Shown here piece by piece: positions 1-12,150 of a stretch of 64,000 nucleotides of DNA. The stretch is from the human T2T-CHM13v2.0 reference genome, Homo sapiens. The position numbers and the translations under genes were made by a program. A model generated the notes under the pieces. The model did no database searches. It had not been told where the DNA came from and saw only the letters and a program-made list of their open reading frames with translations. Where the stretch lies: assembly GCF_009914755.1 (NCBI RefSeq), contig NC_060925.1; one strand, written 5' to 3'. Position 1 is the first letter of the stretch, and every line of letters starts with the position of its first letter.

Positions 1-229
1 GGGGGCTTGTATCACGCCCCCTCTCACCTTTCTCCTTCCTGTTTTACCTGGGACAGCCTGTTGCCCAGGGGACCAAGGGCTGGGGACAGTTCTAAGCCGA
101 GGACTGGGTCTTGGGGACACTCGGGCCTCTGGAAGACAAGGCGGGTAGGGTGTCACCTGGGCTTCCCCCCAGGCCGTCTCAGCTCACTGCGCCCCTCCCC
201 GCCACCCTCTCTTGGTGCACAGGGGCTCT

Positions 230-362
230 GCATGTTTTTATTACCTGTTTGACTCACCGCCTTATTGCTTCTCCCCTTAATGGGGCCGTAACCGTGGAAA
301 CGAGGAATAAACGGCCACCAGAAAATGAGATGATTAAACAGGTCACCCTGGCAAACAAACTC
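230..362. promoter_or_regulatory. Candidate conserved non-coding element
   Basis: AT-richer island with AP-1 TGACTCA, X-box-like GTAACCGTGGAAAC (288-301), TGATTAA and forkhead-like AAACAAAC. Confidence 0.4.
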
Positions 363-3300
363 AGCCAAGGAACCTCTGGGGGTGGGGACGCTAGGCTGCC
401 CCTCCCCCACCCGTGGCCAGAAGGCCTGGACCAGGTCCTGACCACATTGCCCCACACCTAAAAGGATGGGGGGCAGATGCCGTGGGGCACCCCCTGCCGG
501 GCAGTGGAGAGCCGGGTCATCCTTTTGCGAGGCAGCCCGGCTTCCTGTGGCCTTGGGTTCCCAGGCTGAAGGGGTGACAGACAGGGAGGCACTGGGCTAG
601 AGGGCGGTGAGGATCACAGCTGCAGGGAAGAGGCACTTCCCGGTGACAAAACTTCCAGGAGTCTCTCCCAACAGGCCTCTGGGACGCCTCCTGCTCTCCC
701 GCTGCACTAGGGTCCCCCCATCTAAAGCTCTGCCCGGCTCCTCCAGTCCCCCATTCTCACACAGCGCAGTCCCTCCCAAGGCCCCCTTAGATCACTGAAA
801 GAGCCCCATAAGAAAAGGCCAGGCGACCTTTGGGAACACCTGGTCTCTGGAAACACAACATGTGTCCGTTTCCCAGCTCCTGCCTTCTCCTCCAAAGCCA
901 GGCAGTGCCCCAGCCTCAGCCAGGTGGCATCAAGAGACAGCCCTCTTGGCTTTAGGAAGGGTGTCAGCAGGTGAGTGATTACAGCACCAGCAGGGCCCAG
1001 AAGGGCCAGAGGAGACCCCAGAGTCAGGCCTGTGGGACATTCTAAGAGCAGATGCCCCGGCCAGGAGTGGCCCACATACCACGCCCGGGGCAGAGGCCTG
1101 AAGCCCTGGCGCCTGGCTGGCCCTCAGTATGGGTGTATCCCTGTCTTTCTGGCCTCACTCCCTGCCCTGGGTTTGTCTAGCTGGAGGGATCCCGGAAGCG
1201 GGGAAGAGAATGAGAGAGGGCAGACATGCAGTGGTGAGGTCTGCTCAGGAGGAGAGAGAAAGGGGAGAGGGAGATGGGCAAGGGAGGAAGTGGAGAAGGG
1301 CCCAGATCACCCTCTGGCTGCAGCCATCCTGTCCCCACTGGGCAGCAGACTGACGTCCCAGTCCCAGGCCATGGTCATGGTTAGGAGTTACTGTGGGTCC
1401 CATTCAACCATCAACACTCCTGTCTTTATCCTTAGGGCTTCCCTGCCCCTTTCACGTCATCCCAAATCCCAGCCTCGCTCCTTCCTGTAAACCAGGCTCT
1501 AGAAAGCTCTCAAGGAGCTAAAACCCAGGTCCCAAGGGAATTGGCCAACATTTCCTGCCTTCCTCCTTCTGCCCCCACTAAGAAGCCGGGGAGGCACTTG
1601 GGGAAGAGGCACATCAATCAATCAGTTCCACCAGCACTTACAGCAGGAAGGCGTGAGCCCCGGCCCGTACCAGGCCCGGGGAGGAGGTGGCAGTACACCA
1701 GCTACCATCTAATGGTCACCATTAGGAGCAGCCGTGGCAGAGGAAAACAAGGGCCCTGGCCTCCTGGGGATCAGGGCACATGAGTCCGAGTGCTGGGTCC
1801 TGGCACAGCAACGTCACAGGTCTACCCGGAGCCCCAGAACAGCAGGCTCGCAGCCAGCAGCTTCTCTATCTTTTTCCAGGGCCAACGGGGTGTGAGGCTG
1901 GAAAGGTTGCATGGGGCAAGAAAGGTAGCAGGGAGGGCCCGGCTTTAGGGAGCTGGGTGGCCTGGATGAAAAAGACAGAAAAACGTGGTTGCAAAATGGG
2001 AAGCAAGAGTTCTGCTCTTGGAGGGAGGGGGAGGACAAGGCGCAGAGAGAAGGGGCTGGCTAGGAGTCTAGAAAGCATGGTGGCGGAGGGAGGTCCCTTA
2101 AGGCCACTCTTTCACAAAGCTGCATGGTCCCTGGCTCCTGGCTCCTCGGCCTGGTGGGACAGCAGACCGCTCCTCTCCCTCCACTAGGCAGACGCTGCCA
2201 ACACAGGGGCCCGGGCAGTCCTCATTTCCGTCCCTCTTGCTGCAGGAGAGCCTCCCATGCCTCCTGGGTTTCAGGCCTCGCCTCCCACATGGGTGTCTTA
2301 CATCCTGCTGAGTCGAGGGTGTCAGGGTGCTGTTCTGTGGCCAGGCAGCCAGAGGGGTGTGCGCTAGACCACCAAGCTGCTGCCCTGCACAGGTGGTCCC
2401 GGCGAGGCTGCCCCTCCTCTTTTGCACACTGGGGCTGCCCGCCCTCCTCCTGCTCCCAGCTTCTCCCTACTCATTGTACCCTGGCCCAGCTACCCCAGAA
2501 CAGCTGCTGCTTGCCGTGGGGACCCACGGGCGGTAATTACTACAGTGCAACTTCCTTCCCCCTCTGAAGATGAGGAGGAGAAGGAGGAAAAGGAGGAAGA
2601 GGTGGGAGCAGCGGCCAGGGTGGTCAGGGTGTAAAAATCAGCTCAGGGAAGGCCGTGTTAGAAGGTGAGCCTTGGGGCCTGGGGGCATGGGGGGTGGGCC
2701 AGGTGGAGAAATGGCTGAGCCCTGGAAAAGTGTTGGGCCAGCCGTTCTAGAGGAGGCTGATGGAGGCTGGGGCTGCACCACTGACCTGGCAGGACCCAGG
2801 AAGAAGAGGAGTTGGGGCCAAGAGCCTTTCCAAGCCCCACCCAATCCCCTGCTCAGGCAGCGGGCACGGCCTTGAGCCAGGGCAGCCACTTTCACGAGGA
2901 GATGCCGCTGCGTGGCTTAGCCCTCCAAAGGTGCCTGCATTTATTTTATTTTTCCATCATAAAAACCCAAGCTGCAGCTCAGCCAGATTCTGGGGCTGTG
3001 GGGGCTGGGGGAACACCAGTAGTACCGACAAGGCCAGTAGAGAGGTCTGAGTAACACTCACATTCAGTGCCTTTCTTGGAGAGGAGAGTGAATGGGTTCT
3101 CCTCGCTGGTCCCTACCAGGGAAAAAGGGCCAGGGGTGGGGTCTCTCTAGGGAGCCTTTCGGACCTGCCCTTCTGCCTCTGCCTCTTGTTGGGGAGGAAA
3201 GGCTATGCTAGGCCTTTTAGCCTCAGTTTCCTCTGACGTCTTGCAACTAGAACCAGGGCTGGTTCAAAGGGTCACTTCACAGCCCAGAGCTGCCTGTCTC

Positions 3301-4699
3301 CAATGCTCTCCACCAAAGAAAAGGTCCAAATAATGTGCTCCTCACCTCGTCCACTCACCCCCTACTCCCACCCGCCAGGACTGCCCCACTGAACAAAATC
3401 AAGTTGGGAGTCAGACAGCTGAAGATCTTAAAGGTCATCTGATGCTCAAGTCCCTCTAAATGTCACTAACCGGTGCACAGCACAAACCTCTGTTTGAATG
3501 GTACCAGGAAACTCATGACTTCCGAGATGGCCCATTCTGTCCCGGGCTCTGACAGCTCCTTTCTGCCAAGATGGCCCCAGAGCACCTACCCCCTGCAGCA
3601 GACTGGCAAAACCGGTGCCCAACCTGGCTACAGGGGCTGGCCCCAGCTTAGACTGGTTGAGTGGGTGTATCTGGCCAAGTAAAGGCTGGAGGAAGGAAAT
3701 TGAGAGCAATCTGCTCTGCCCTAAACCCGGCGTGGAATCTCTTCCTCCAGTACAGCACAGGAACCTTCTCAGTCCCCGGTGCCTGGCAGGTCGAAGGTGT
3801 AACCAGAGCTAGTGAGGTTCCTAGAAGCCTCCACACTTGGCAAGGCTCTGGCCTTGACCTGGCAGCTCATGGAAGGTCTGATCTGAAGGTGGTTGACACT
3901 CAGGGCAGGGGCCTGAGCAGCACACACTGGGGCTGGGTTGGGGATGCCAAGCTCTTTGCTCTCTCAGCTTAGACACCGTCTAGAAGAAGTCTGCGGCCTA
4001 CCTCAAGACAGTATGCTCTCAAAGCATGGGGCTACTGAGAATCAGGAAAATGAGCCAGCCTGGCCCAGCTTCTGATCCCACGCTTCCTGGCCTCCCCACA
4101 GTTGAGGCCTGGGCTGTCTGCGATGGGGGATCTGCTGGCAATGCAAGGGGGTCCTGGCCTGGAGCCCCAGAAGGAGAAAGAAACCGGCCGGGCTTCCTCC
4201 CATTGACCCGCCTCGACGACAAGGCTGCAGCCACAGCGACACATGGGCAGCACTGTCCCTCACCGGCACCCCCTGCAGTCCGTGGCCATCCCTTTAAAGT
4301 TGCCCTCTTGCCTCTTTGGCCCTTGACCTTGTAGAGCCTATCTTGGCTCCTCCGCGCCTTGGACAGCCCCACCCCTTTGTCTCAAGAAGAGAAGGGGCAA
4401 CTATCATCAGATCCCCACGAGTCAAGGGCGAACGCCTGCTCAGAGCTCCACCCGTGCTTCACCGCCATTTTCACCCTGGCTTCTAGCTGTGTTCAGGGCC
4501 TGGGAATCAGCCTGGTGGGACCTAACCCTGGGAGCTTCCCAACTGCAGGATGGATGTACCTGTGTCTGAAAGCTTCCTCCCATCTCCCCTCCCCCCTTCC
4601 CGCTCCCTCCCCCAGGGAAATCACTCTAAAAGGGCCTAATGGAACTATGTCCTCCTCTCTTCCTCTCTCCCCTCCCTCCCTCCCTCCCTCTCTTTCCTT

Positions 4700-4915
4700 T
4701 TTTTTTTATTAGCATTTGTGGAATTTATTCCCAAACTCTCCTAATCTTCCGTACACAACCATTTGATTTGCATAACCCAACCCCCTCTCATAAAAACTGG
4801 CTGCTAGTTTAATTAAAAAATGTAAATTTGCTGTCATCTCGGGGCCTGGTGAATTAGGACGACATCGGCATTTTTTATTGCTAAAGACGTCCAGATTGAT
4901 CCAGCCCTTGGCTGA
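4700..4915. promoter_or_regulatory. Candidate (ultra)conserved intronic enhancer
   Basis: AT-rich non-repetitive block with octamer ATTTGCAT (4766-4773), TTTAATTAAA, CATAAAA and TGTCA. CASZ1 introns are known to carry ultraconserved elements, but I cannot confirm which, if any, this is. Confidence 0.6.
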
Positions 4916-6829
4916 ACTATGGTGGGGGAAAGGGGGTCCACATGGCCCCTGAGGGTCCTGAGGTCCTTCTGTCCCCTCCTGAGAAGGCTTGGCTCTCCCA
5001 CCACTGACTTCCTCATGGCTGAAGGCCTTCAGGACCTAGATGTGTCCGGGGCCGCGGGGATGTTAACCTACGATCAGGGAGGCATGGTGGGTCCATGATG
5101 CCAGCAGCCCTTCGAGGCCTGCGCCCCTGGCCTTGGACTATGTCAGAGAGGCCCTCGGCTGAAGCTGCCCACGCTGCCCCAGAGGAAGGGACCCTCACTT
5201 CACCAGCCACGAGCCCCGGCCAGAGACGAGGCCCATGGCCCCAGCTGTATGCCGTGTGCACTATGAAGTTGAGGGAGCTGTTCCCAGCTCCTGAAGATGA
5301 GCATGGAGTCAGCCCAGGGACCAGCTCAGAGGGGATCTCAGCGTCCTCATCTGCTTCCCTTTTTTGGTGAAGTGGGGGGAAGACTGCTTTTCTTCTGAAG
5401 TTCTGAGATTATAAGTGAAACTTCCAAGTTCAAAGAAGAGACTGAGATGGTATCACCAGATGACTCCTCCAGGAAACAGTCAGAACTCTGCCACCCTGGG
5501 CCTCCCCTCTGAGTGGCCAGAGTCCAGGCCTGAGTCCCACTGGGAGTGCTCTACTCCAGCTACAGGAGGAAGCAGCTGACCTCAGGGTCCCTTCTAGCTT
5601 CTAGGAAAAGTTTCCAGAGCCTGTCCCTGGAGTGCTGGGAGAAGTCAGTCTCCCTAAGGCCCAGGAGAGAAGCCACAAGAGGCTCTGCCACCTGCCTCCT
5701 ACCAGGGCTGGGAGGCCCTCGCTCCAGTCAGGACACCCTAGAGAAGGGCTTTGGAGTACTGTCCCCACGACAGACTTGGAGGGACTGGTTGGTGGATGGC
5801 AGGAGGATGGACGCTGGCTCCAGCTGGCACCCAGGTTAGGAGGAGGCCGACCAGAGGGCCTGCCTTCCAGCTCTGCAATGCCTGGGTCCTGTGTGCTGGC
5901 CCACAAGCAGAGGCTCTCCTGCCCCAGGTAAGGGGTGGTGCATTGCCACCAGGCCCATCTCTGAGGTCTGCTTCTTGGCTGGGATGGGTGGGGGCCCCAT
6001 TTCCGAAGAAAGGGGGTGGGGCCTGAGAGGGAGGTGATGAGACACCGACTGGAGGTGGGGGCAGGCAGGTTCTCTGTGGGAGTGGAGGGCAGGGAGGGGC
6101 AGGGTGGCAGCCTTGGCCTTAGACACCTTTACCACTTTGCCCAGCAGGGGGTGTCACACCCTTCCCGGGCGCAGAGGTCCCCAGGCCCTCCACGTCAGAC
6201 CAGCCAAGATCACACCTGGTGTCACACAGTCCTCAAACTCTGCAAATGACACCTCCCCCCAACAAACACAGGCCCTTCTTCACCGGCCACCGTGCCACCC
6301 ATCCTCATCCCCTCAGGGCTGCCTCCGGTCTCTCTGCCCACTGACCTTTAGAAGGTCAGATATCAGCTCATGGGTCCCAAGGGCCGATGCTGTGAACTTG
6401 GGCCTATTATAAACAACAACGCTAACAGCCACCAGTATCACCTATCCCATCAATGAACCAGGAGAGTTCAGAGATCAGTCTCAATGAATGATCGGGCTGC
6501 TTGTTTCTTTTAAAACATTTAAGAAGACAGCTGCTTTTGTCAACCTAGCACGTGAGGGTCCTGGTCAAAATTTGGTTTCAATAGCCAGGGCCCATGGGAA
6601 GCCCGCAAGAGCTGAAGGCAAAAACACTGGAAAGAATTAGATTAAACCCAAGAAAACACCAAAATATCAGGATAAAGTGCCCCAGGTGAGCACCAGGCCT
6701 CCTGGAGCCCCCGGCCTTGTCCCACAGGAGGCCCCCAAACCCAGATGCCTACGTTGAGTAGTCTGTCTGGTCCATCACCACCCCTAGGGTGGGGGCTAAA
6801 GAGGCAGGTGGGAGACAGTCCGGGGCCCC

Positions 6830-7020
6830 TCACTTTGAACTGATAACAGCCACCTCATCCCACAGATTCTCAGGTGAAAAATACTCATTAGCCATAATAA
6901 GCAGCTTGATCATCCGACACAGCCTTGTCCCAAATAAATTAAATTCCTTTACCTTGAGACAGTCGCCCCGAAACCAGACTAACCACCTTTCCCAACAGGA
7001 CGCTGCTTTCAAAAACTAAA
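6830..7020. promoter_or_regulatory. Candidate conserved element containing a minus-strand donor
   Basis: CTTTGAA, TGATAA and TAAT/ATTA sites; minus-strand AAG|GTAAAG at 6953/6952. Confidence 0.5.
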
Positions 7021-7180
7021 CCACCCCCCACTAAAAAAATAAAAACACACACCCCAGAGCCAGACACACAAAGATCTTTGCAGAGAACAAAAAAAAAAAA
7101 AAAAAAAAAAAAAAGGCACACACACAGAAAAAAAACACGAAGCCATACAAAAAACACGGAGAACAAAAACCCCACAAAAA
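7020..7180. repeat. A-rich low-complexity tract with poly(A)
   Basis: A run of ~26 nt at ~7089-7114 and A/C-rich flanks. Confidence 0.85.
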
Positions 7181-7887
7181 CCCCCTAAATCCTCTCTCTG
7201 GGTGCCCCCCAGCTCCTGCTCCTCTCGGTTCTTTCATAATGACAAGCATCACATTAGTCACAGCCTCTAAGCAAGTGGCAAATAACAACAACAACAGCCT
7301 CAGAAGTCGCCGATCCCGAGGCCGGGACGCCGGGAGGCAGCCGCCCGACCCTCCCGGCCCCCACCCGGCCCCGCCGCCACCTCATTGGGCTAAAAATAAG
7401 AACTTCCGTAAAAGAAGCGAAAGAAAAGTGAAAGAGCCGCCCCTGCGTTCCCACCGGCCGGTACCTGTTCCAAGATCCATTCTCTTCTCCTTGGTCCCAA
7501 ACTCTTCGCAGAACGCCACCAGGGGAAGACCGGGAGAGAAGAAACACGGGGTTAGCGTCTCGCGGGACCCCGGCCGCCCGCCCTGCTTGTCCCCCGCCCC
7601 GCAGGAGCGGCCCGTCCCGGGCGGGCGCCGAGGCCGCGGCGGAGAAACTTTCTCCTCCGCGCCGCCCGCTTCTCACGCTCGGCCCCGCACGCGCCCGCGG
7701 GTCCGCGCCGCCTGAGTTTCTCCAACTAAGGCAGCAACTCTCGGCCGGCGCGGCCCCGGCTTGGGGGCCCTGGCCGGGGGATCCGCGAGGCCCAGGGGCG
7801 CCCCCGTCCCGCCGACCGCGCCCCGCGCCCGGGTCGCCGCCCGAGACCGCGGCCCCCGGGCCTCCCCCGCCCGCGCCCGGTACTCAC

Positions 7888-7970
7888 CATAGTCGGAGAG
7901 TCGAAAGCCGAATTCACTTAAATAATCAACTTTCATAATACTTAATTAATGCCTAATTGCAACTGATTAC
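7888..7970 (-). other. CASZ1: Non-coding (5'UTR) first exon, probably CASZ1 exon 1
   Basis: Minus-strand donor ATG|GTGAGTA at 7888/7887 inside a CpG island. The exon reads GTAATCAGTTGCAATTAGGCATTAATTAAGTATTATGAAAG...GACTATG. Gene identity and the ~83-nt length come from my recollection of the CASZ1 mRNA 5' end and its CNE-rich locus. The 5' boundary is approximate. Confidence 0.7.
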
Positions 7971-8175
7971 TCCCCGAATAACAAGTTGTTTTAAAGCCCT
8001 GATGTCATTGCTCCTGCCGGTAACACTCAGGGTAACAGTTTGGCAGGAGGGAGCGGGCGGGCGGGCGCGGCCGGGGGCGCTGCCAGGCGCCGCGGTGATT
8101 GGCAGGGCGGCCGCGGCGCCGCCTCCTCGGCCCGGCCCGCGCCGGCCCCGGCAGGTGAAAGAGCAGAGCGCGGCC

Positions 8176-8213
<38 letters not shown>
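8176..8213. repeat. (CCG)12 trinucleotide repeat
   Basis: Pure CCG run read directly from sequence. Confidence 0.95.
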
Positions 8214-11200
8214 CGGTGCGCCCGCCCGCCGCCCGCCGCCCGGTGCCGGAGTGAATGGGCTCGCGCTCGCTCGCGCCCCCGCCGCGCGCCCCCGCCGCGC
8301 GCGCCCGCGCCGCACTGGCAGGGCGGCCGGCTCCATTGGCTCTGCGATTCCCCAAACCTCTGGCTCCGGGAGGAGGAGGCGGGGACTTGCGCTCAGGGCT
8401 GGCGGGAGGGGACCCGGCGCGGGGCGGGGAACGCGGCCCGAGTAAGGCGCCCGCGGGCACGCGCCCACTCTTGCCGGCCGCCGGCGGCCGCGCGCGCGCT
8501 CGCATGCTGCCAGCGGCCGCTCGGGCCCCGCGAGCGCGACCGACGGCCGCCGCGCGCGCCTGCCCCACGACCCGCGCGGCCGCGCTAACTTTTCCGCGAG
8601 GGCGGGCGCAGGTGTGAGGCGCCGCGGGGCCGCGCCCGCCAGGCCGCGCGCTTCCCTGCTCCCCTGCCCGCTGCCTGCGGGCTCGGGGCTCCTGGGGTAG
8701 CACAGGGATTTCGTGTTCCCCTCACAGCACTGGCGGCTTCTGGAGCTGGAGGAACAGGAGCGCGGGGCGAGGCGGGGCAGGGCGCAGTCAGGCCCGCGCG
8801 CCCCCGCACCCCGCGCGTCCCCGGCCCTGGGCCCCAGGAGCGCCGGCCTGGGACACGCAGTGGGGTTTCCTCGGCGTTGCTTTGGTTTTGCCCTTAAAAC
8901 GGGTCCAAGTGTCCTCCCAGAGCCTCCCCGGTCTTCCGGTCTTTCTGCCCACTCCTCCCTCAAAGTTGGGCCATCCGCCCCGCAGCCAGACGAATGGAGA
9001 TCGGCGCCCCACTTTCCCCACAGCCCCCGACCCATGATCCCGGCCATCACTTGCGCTTCCTCCCTGCCTTGCCCCTCTGGCCGCTGCCCTAGGAAGGGCG
9101 CTCAGTAGAGCACAGGCACCCTCAACCAGGGAGTCTGAGGCCCATCCCGGCTCCTCCTCCCCTCCCCGCCACCCCCCCCCCCCCCCGCCCCACGCCGTCT
9201 CCAGGCCTGTCCCCTTCAACGTGGAACCTCATTTCCTGCCAGCCCATGGCCAGCCAGGCGCTTTGTGCTGCCCGTGCTCCTCTTTCTTTTCTGCCAGAGA
9301 AGGCAGTTTGAGGGTTCTCCCCTCCATGAACCGTGCACCATGGGACATCCCCAGATGTCCCTGCTGCAGCCATATATTTTGAGAGTCCTTATATGTTGGT
9401 GACTTAAGTGACGCATCCGGCCCAGAGGGCCTCAAGGAAAGAGACGGTGGGGTGAGCAGGGCCTTGGGCAGCCTTGCTAAGGAAGGACCTGGTTCTCCGT
9501 CCCTTCTTCACCTACCCTGCTGCCCTCCTCGCCTCTCCCAGCGCTCCTCTTTCAGGAGGGGCCACACTGCCTTCAGATGAGGGGAGGGGAGCAGGGCCCA
9601 GGCTTCCCTGGTCTTTGGACAGCATCCAGCAACATGGCGCTGGCCTATTTTTGCAATATTTCTATTTTGCAAAGGGAGGGGCCAGGGAGGCCTTGGGGCA
9701 AAGACATCAGGGAGTTAACAATCTACTCTTTCTCCTACTTTCCCCTCATTTTTCTCCTTTTTTCCTGCTTGCTCTATAGTTCTAAATGGCCTCTCAGGGA
9801 GTTGGGCATCCCTCCCCTACTCCACTGCCCTTCCCACTGCCTTCCTGGCAGTCCCCACTCCTGGCCGTCACACAGCCTCATTGGCTCTGTGATTCCCCAA
9901 CCCATCCCTACATAGGAACAGCAGCTGGAGAGGCCTAGAAACCTTACTGAGCTGCCCCTGGCCCCAAAACCCTGAATAAGGGAACAGAACTACCCCAAGT
10001 CTAAGCCTGGGAGTATGACTGCCCGTACCGGGCACCCAGCACAGAGGACTGTGTGCCTCTGCTCCCGACATGGGATCTCAGAGAGGGCATCTGTGTCCAG
10101 GACCGCTGTGGGGTATACACATGCCTCTGGGTGCTGCTCCCAATGACTCCCCAAAGCAAGGCATCGTAACAAAAGGCTTGCAGCTCTGGCTGGTGACAGC
10201 AGGTGATCAATCCCCACCCCAATTCTGAGCCTCTGCTCTCCTATCTGGGCAACTGTGTGTAGGAGGAAGCCTGGAGGCAAGGGATAGAAGAGGTGATTTC
10301 TGGGTGCATTTGAAGATGTCTGCAAAGATGGGGAGCTGCTTGCATACGTGACCCACACAGCCACTGGCTGGCTCTGAATGTCTTCCTGGGCTTCAGCTGA
10401 TAGTGGTCAGAGCCTGACCCATGAGGAAGGTGTGGAGGGGAAAAGGAAAGCATCTTCCCTCCAGCTGCCCAGGCAGGACCACCTGGATTGGCCACCCAGT
10501 AACTCGGGGGGTCTCAGGCAGACAAAGGCTACAGAGGAATGGCGGAAGGGACAGGACTCGAGAGAGCTTGGGGGATGGCAGCCAGCAATGGAGGGAGGTG
10601 TGGGGATGCCTGGAAAGCCTCCACTCTGTCAAGTCCCTGGCCAGGTAGCCACAGGCTGAGTGGGCCCTGCCCAAGAGGAAAAGGCCTTCAGTGGAGGAGC
10701 AGCGGTCAGAGAAGCAAGAAACAGGCCAACTCGGAGCGCAAGGATTTATGAAGGTCAGAGAAGGCGGCGGAGGCTTCGAGGTTGTGGGGTATGAGTCAGA
10801 GGCTGTGTCATGGAGGGGCCCCCAGATTATGCGCCCCCCCCTTCTCTCTCTTTCTCTCTGAGTGTATCTGCTCATACCAAGAGGAGAGGCATCTTTTGAG
10901 GCTATGGCCCATCTTTGCCTTGAGGACACCTGAGACCCCAAAGCCAGGCCACAGTGAGGACCTTCATGCCCGGGACTCAAGGGATGGAAGTCCAATGCCA
11001 TAATCTCTTCTGATCTTGAGTCCCTGGGCCCAGAGCCTCTAGCTCCTCCTGAGACAACCCACTCACAAGAGAAAAAGAAGTGGAAGGCAACCCAGCGGTT
11101 CCCCCCAACCCAGGCTCCCCACATCAGCACCAAGGAAAGCCATCTGCCCTTCCTGTCACACTGCTATCGCTGGTTCCTGTTACCCCCCCCGCACCCCCAA

Positions 11201-11784
11201 GTTGCCCACCTACACTCTCTCCCTCCCGAGCCTGGGGCCTTCTCACTCACCAGCCTGTTTACACACCAGGTATCTCATGCTTTATCTGCTCTCATTTTGA
11301 ATTTGTAACTTTCACATAAACTTGAACAAAGCTCCTTTTGTTATTGCACCCCACCCCAGGATCCCAATAAACTGGTTCCATCTGAGGCGACTGGGCCAGG
11401 GCACAGAAGCCTTGGCCAAAGGACTGCGTGTGCCTGCGAACAAGCATGTTCGCACCTGCGAGGGAGTCCGTGTGTTTGCGTGTGAGCCCGCTCCGGGGCC
11501 GATGGAGGGAGGGTGTCGGGAAAGCTGTGAGCCAGCGAAGTGGACGGGAAGCATGGGGGCCGAGGGAGGGCAGAGCCAAGGCACCACGGCATGGCCACGG
11601 GCACGGGAGGTCGTGGGCCACAGACAGGTGGGTGTTGGGGCAGGGGGTCAACAGGATGAGAAGGAAACAAAGGGGAGAAAGGAGCCACAGAGTGGGTGGC
11701 GGAGCGAGGGCCGCGCCGAGTGTAAGGCAGACGCAGGGATTGCATTATGGCAGGAGAGGGGCTGGCACAGCCGCACGCTCGGCC

Positions 11785-12150
11785 CCGTAATCCTGTTAGC
11801 CAGCAATCTCCATTCCGAAAGAGCTTCATTTCTTTGTGAATATTTGTAAACTAGATATCTAATGGAAAATTATAGGAAAATTATAGTGAAATTCATGACG
11901 GAGAAATCCGATTATCCCTAATTCAATTATGCCATCTTAGCCCACACAGCACATTTCCCATTTTTTTCCCATAAATACCGATGCCAGGGGTCCCGGTAAT
12001 CAAATAAAATTGAAAATCATCTTCCCATTAAATTCAATTAGCCGCAATTTCTAAAGCCTATCAGAGATTTTAATTACTAAATTATAAAATTCTCCAATGC
12101 TAAATTGAAACCAAAAAAATTGCACATCCTTATATTTCAGAGAAAAAGAA
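11785..12150. promoter_or_regulatory. Candidate conserved enhancer (homeodomain-rich)
   Basis: ~360 bp strongly AT-rich unique block in GC-rich surroundings; many TAAT/ATTA and CAATTA motifs, plus CCATAAA. Confidence 0.65.

Larger units (their letters stand above)
1..7887 (-). other. CASZ1: Intron 1 (5' part) of the minus-strand gene
   Basis: Lies downstream of the 7887 GT donor on the minus strand; no coding exon recognisable. Confidence 0.65.
7300..9200. promoter_or_regulatory. CpG island / promoter
   Basis: Very high GC and CpG density and many GC boxes. Minus-strand CCAAT boxes (ATTGG at 8098-8102 and 8335-8339). TATA-like TTTAAAA on the minus strand at 7995-7989, ~25 bp upstream of the presumed TSS. 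Confidence 0.92.

Noticed and set aside
2566-2602. Acidic EDEEEKEEKEEE run
   Set aside because: Low-complexity GA tract without exon context
7673-7936. 87-aa ORF as a standalone CDS
   Set aside because: It reads through a strong splice donor into GC-rich intron; only the exonic part is kept, as a uORF candidate
7953-9050. 365-aa ORF and overlapping poly-Pro/Gly/Ala/Arg ORFs in the CpG island
   Set aside because: Stop-codon depletion from extreme GC content opens several frames on both strands; no recognisable domain
9631-9642. YY1-like AACATGGCG as an alternative promoter
   Set aside because: Isolated short motif outside the island with no supporting features
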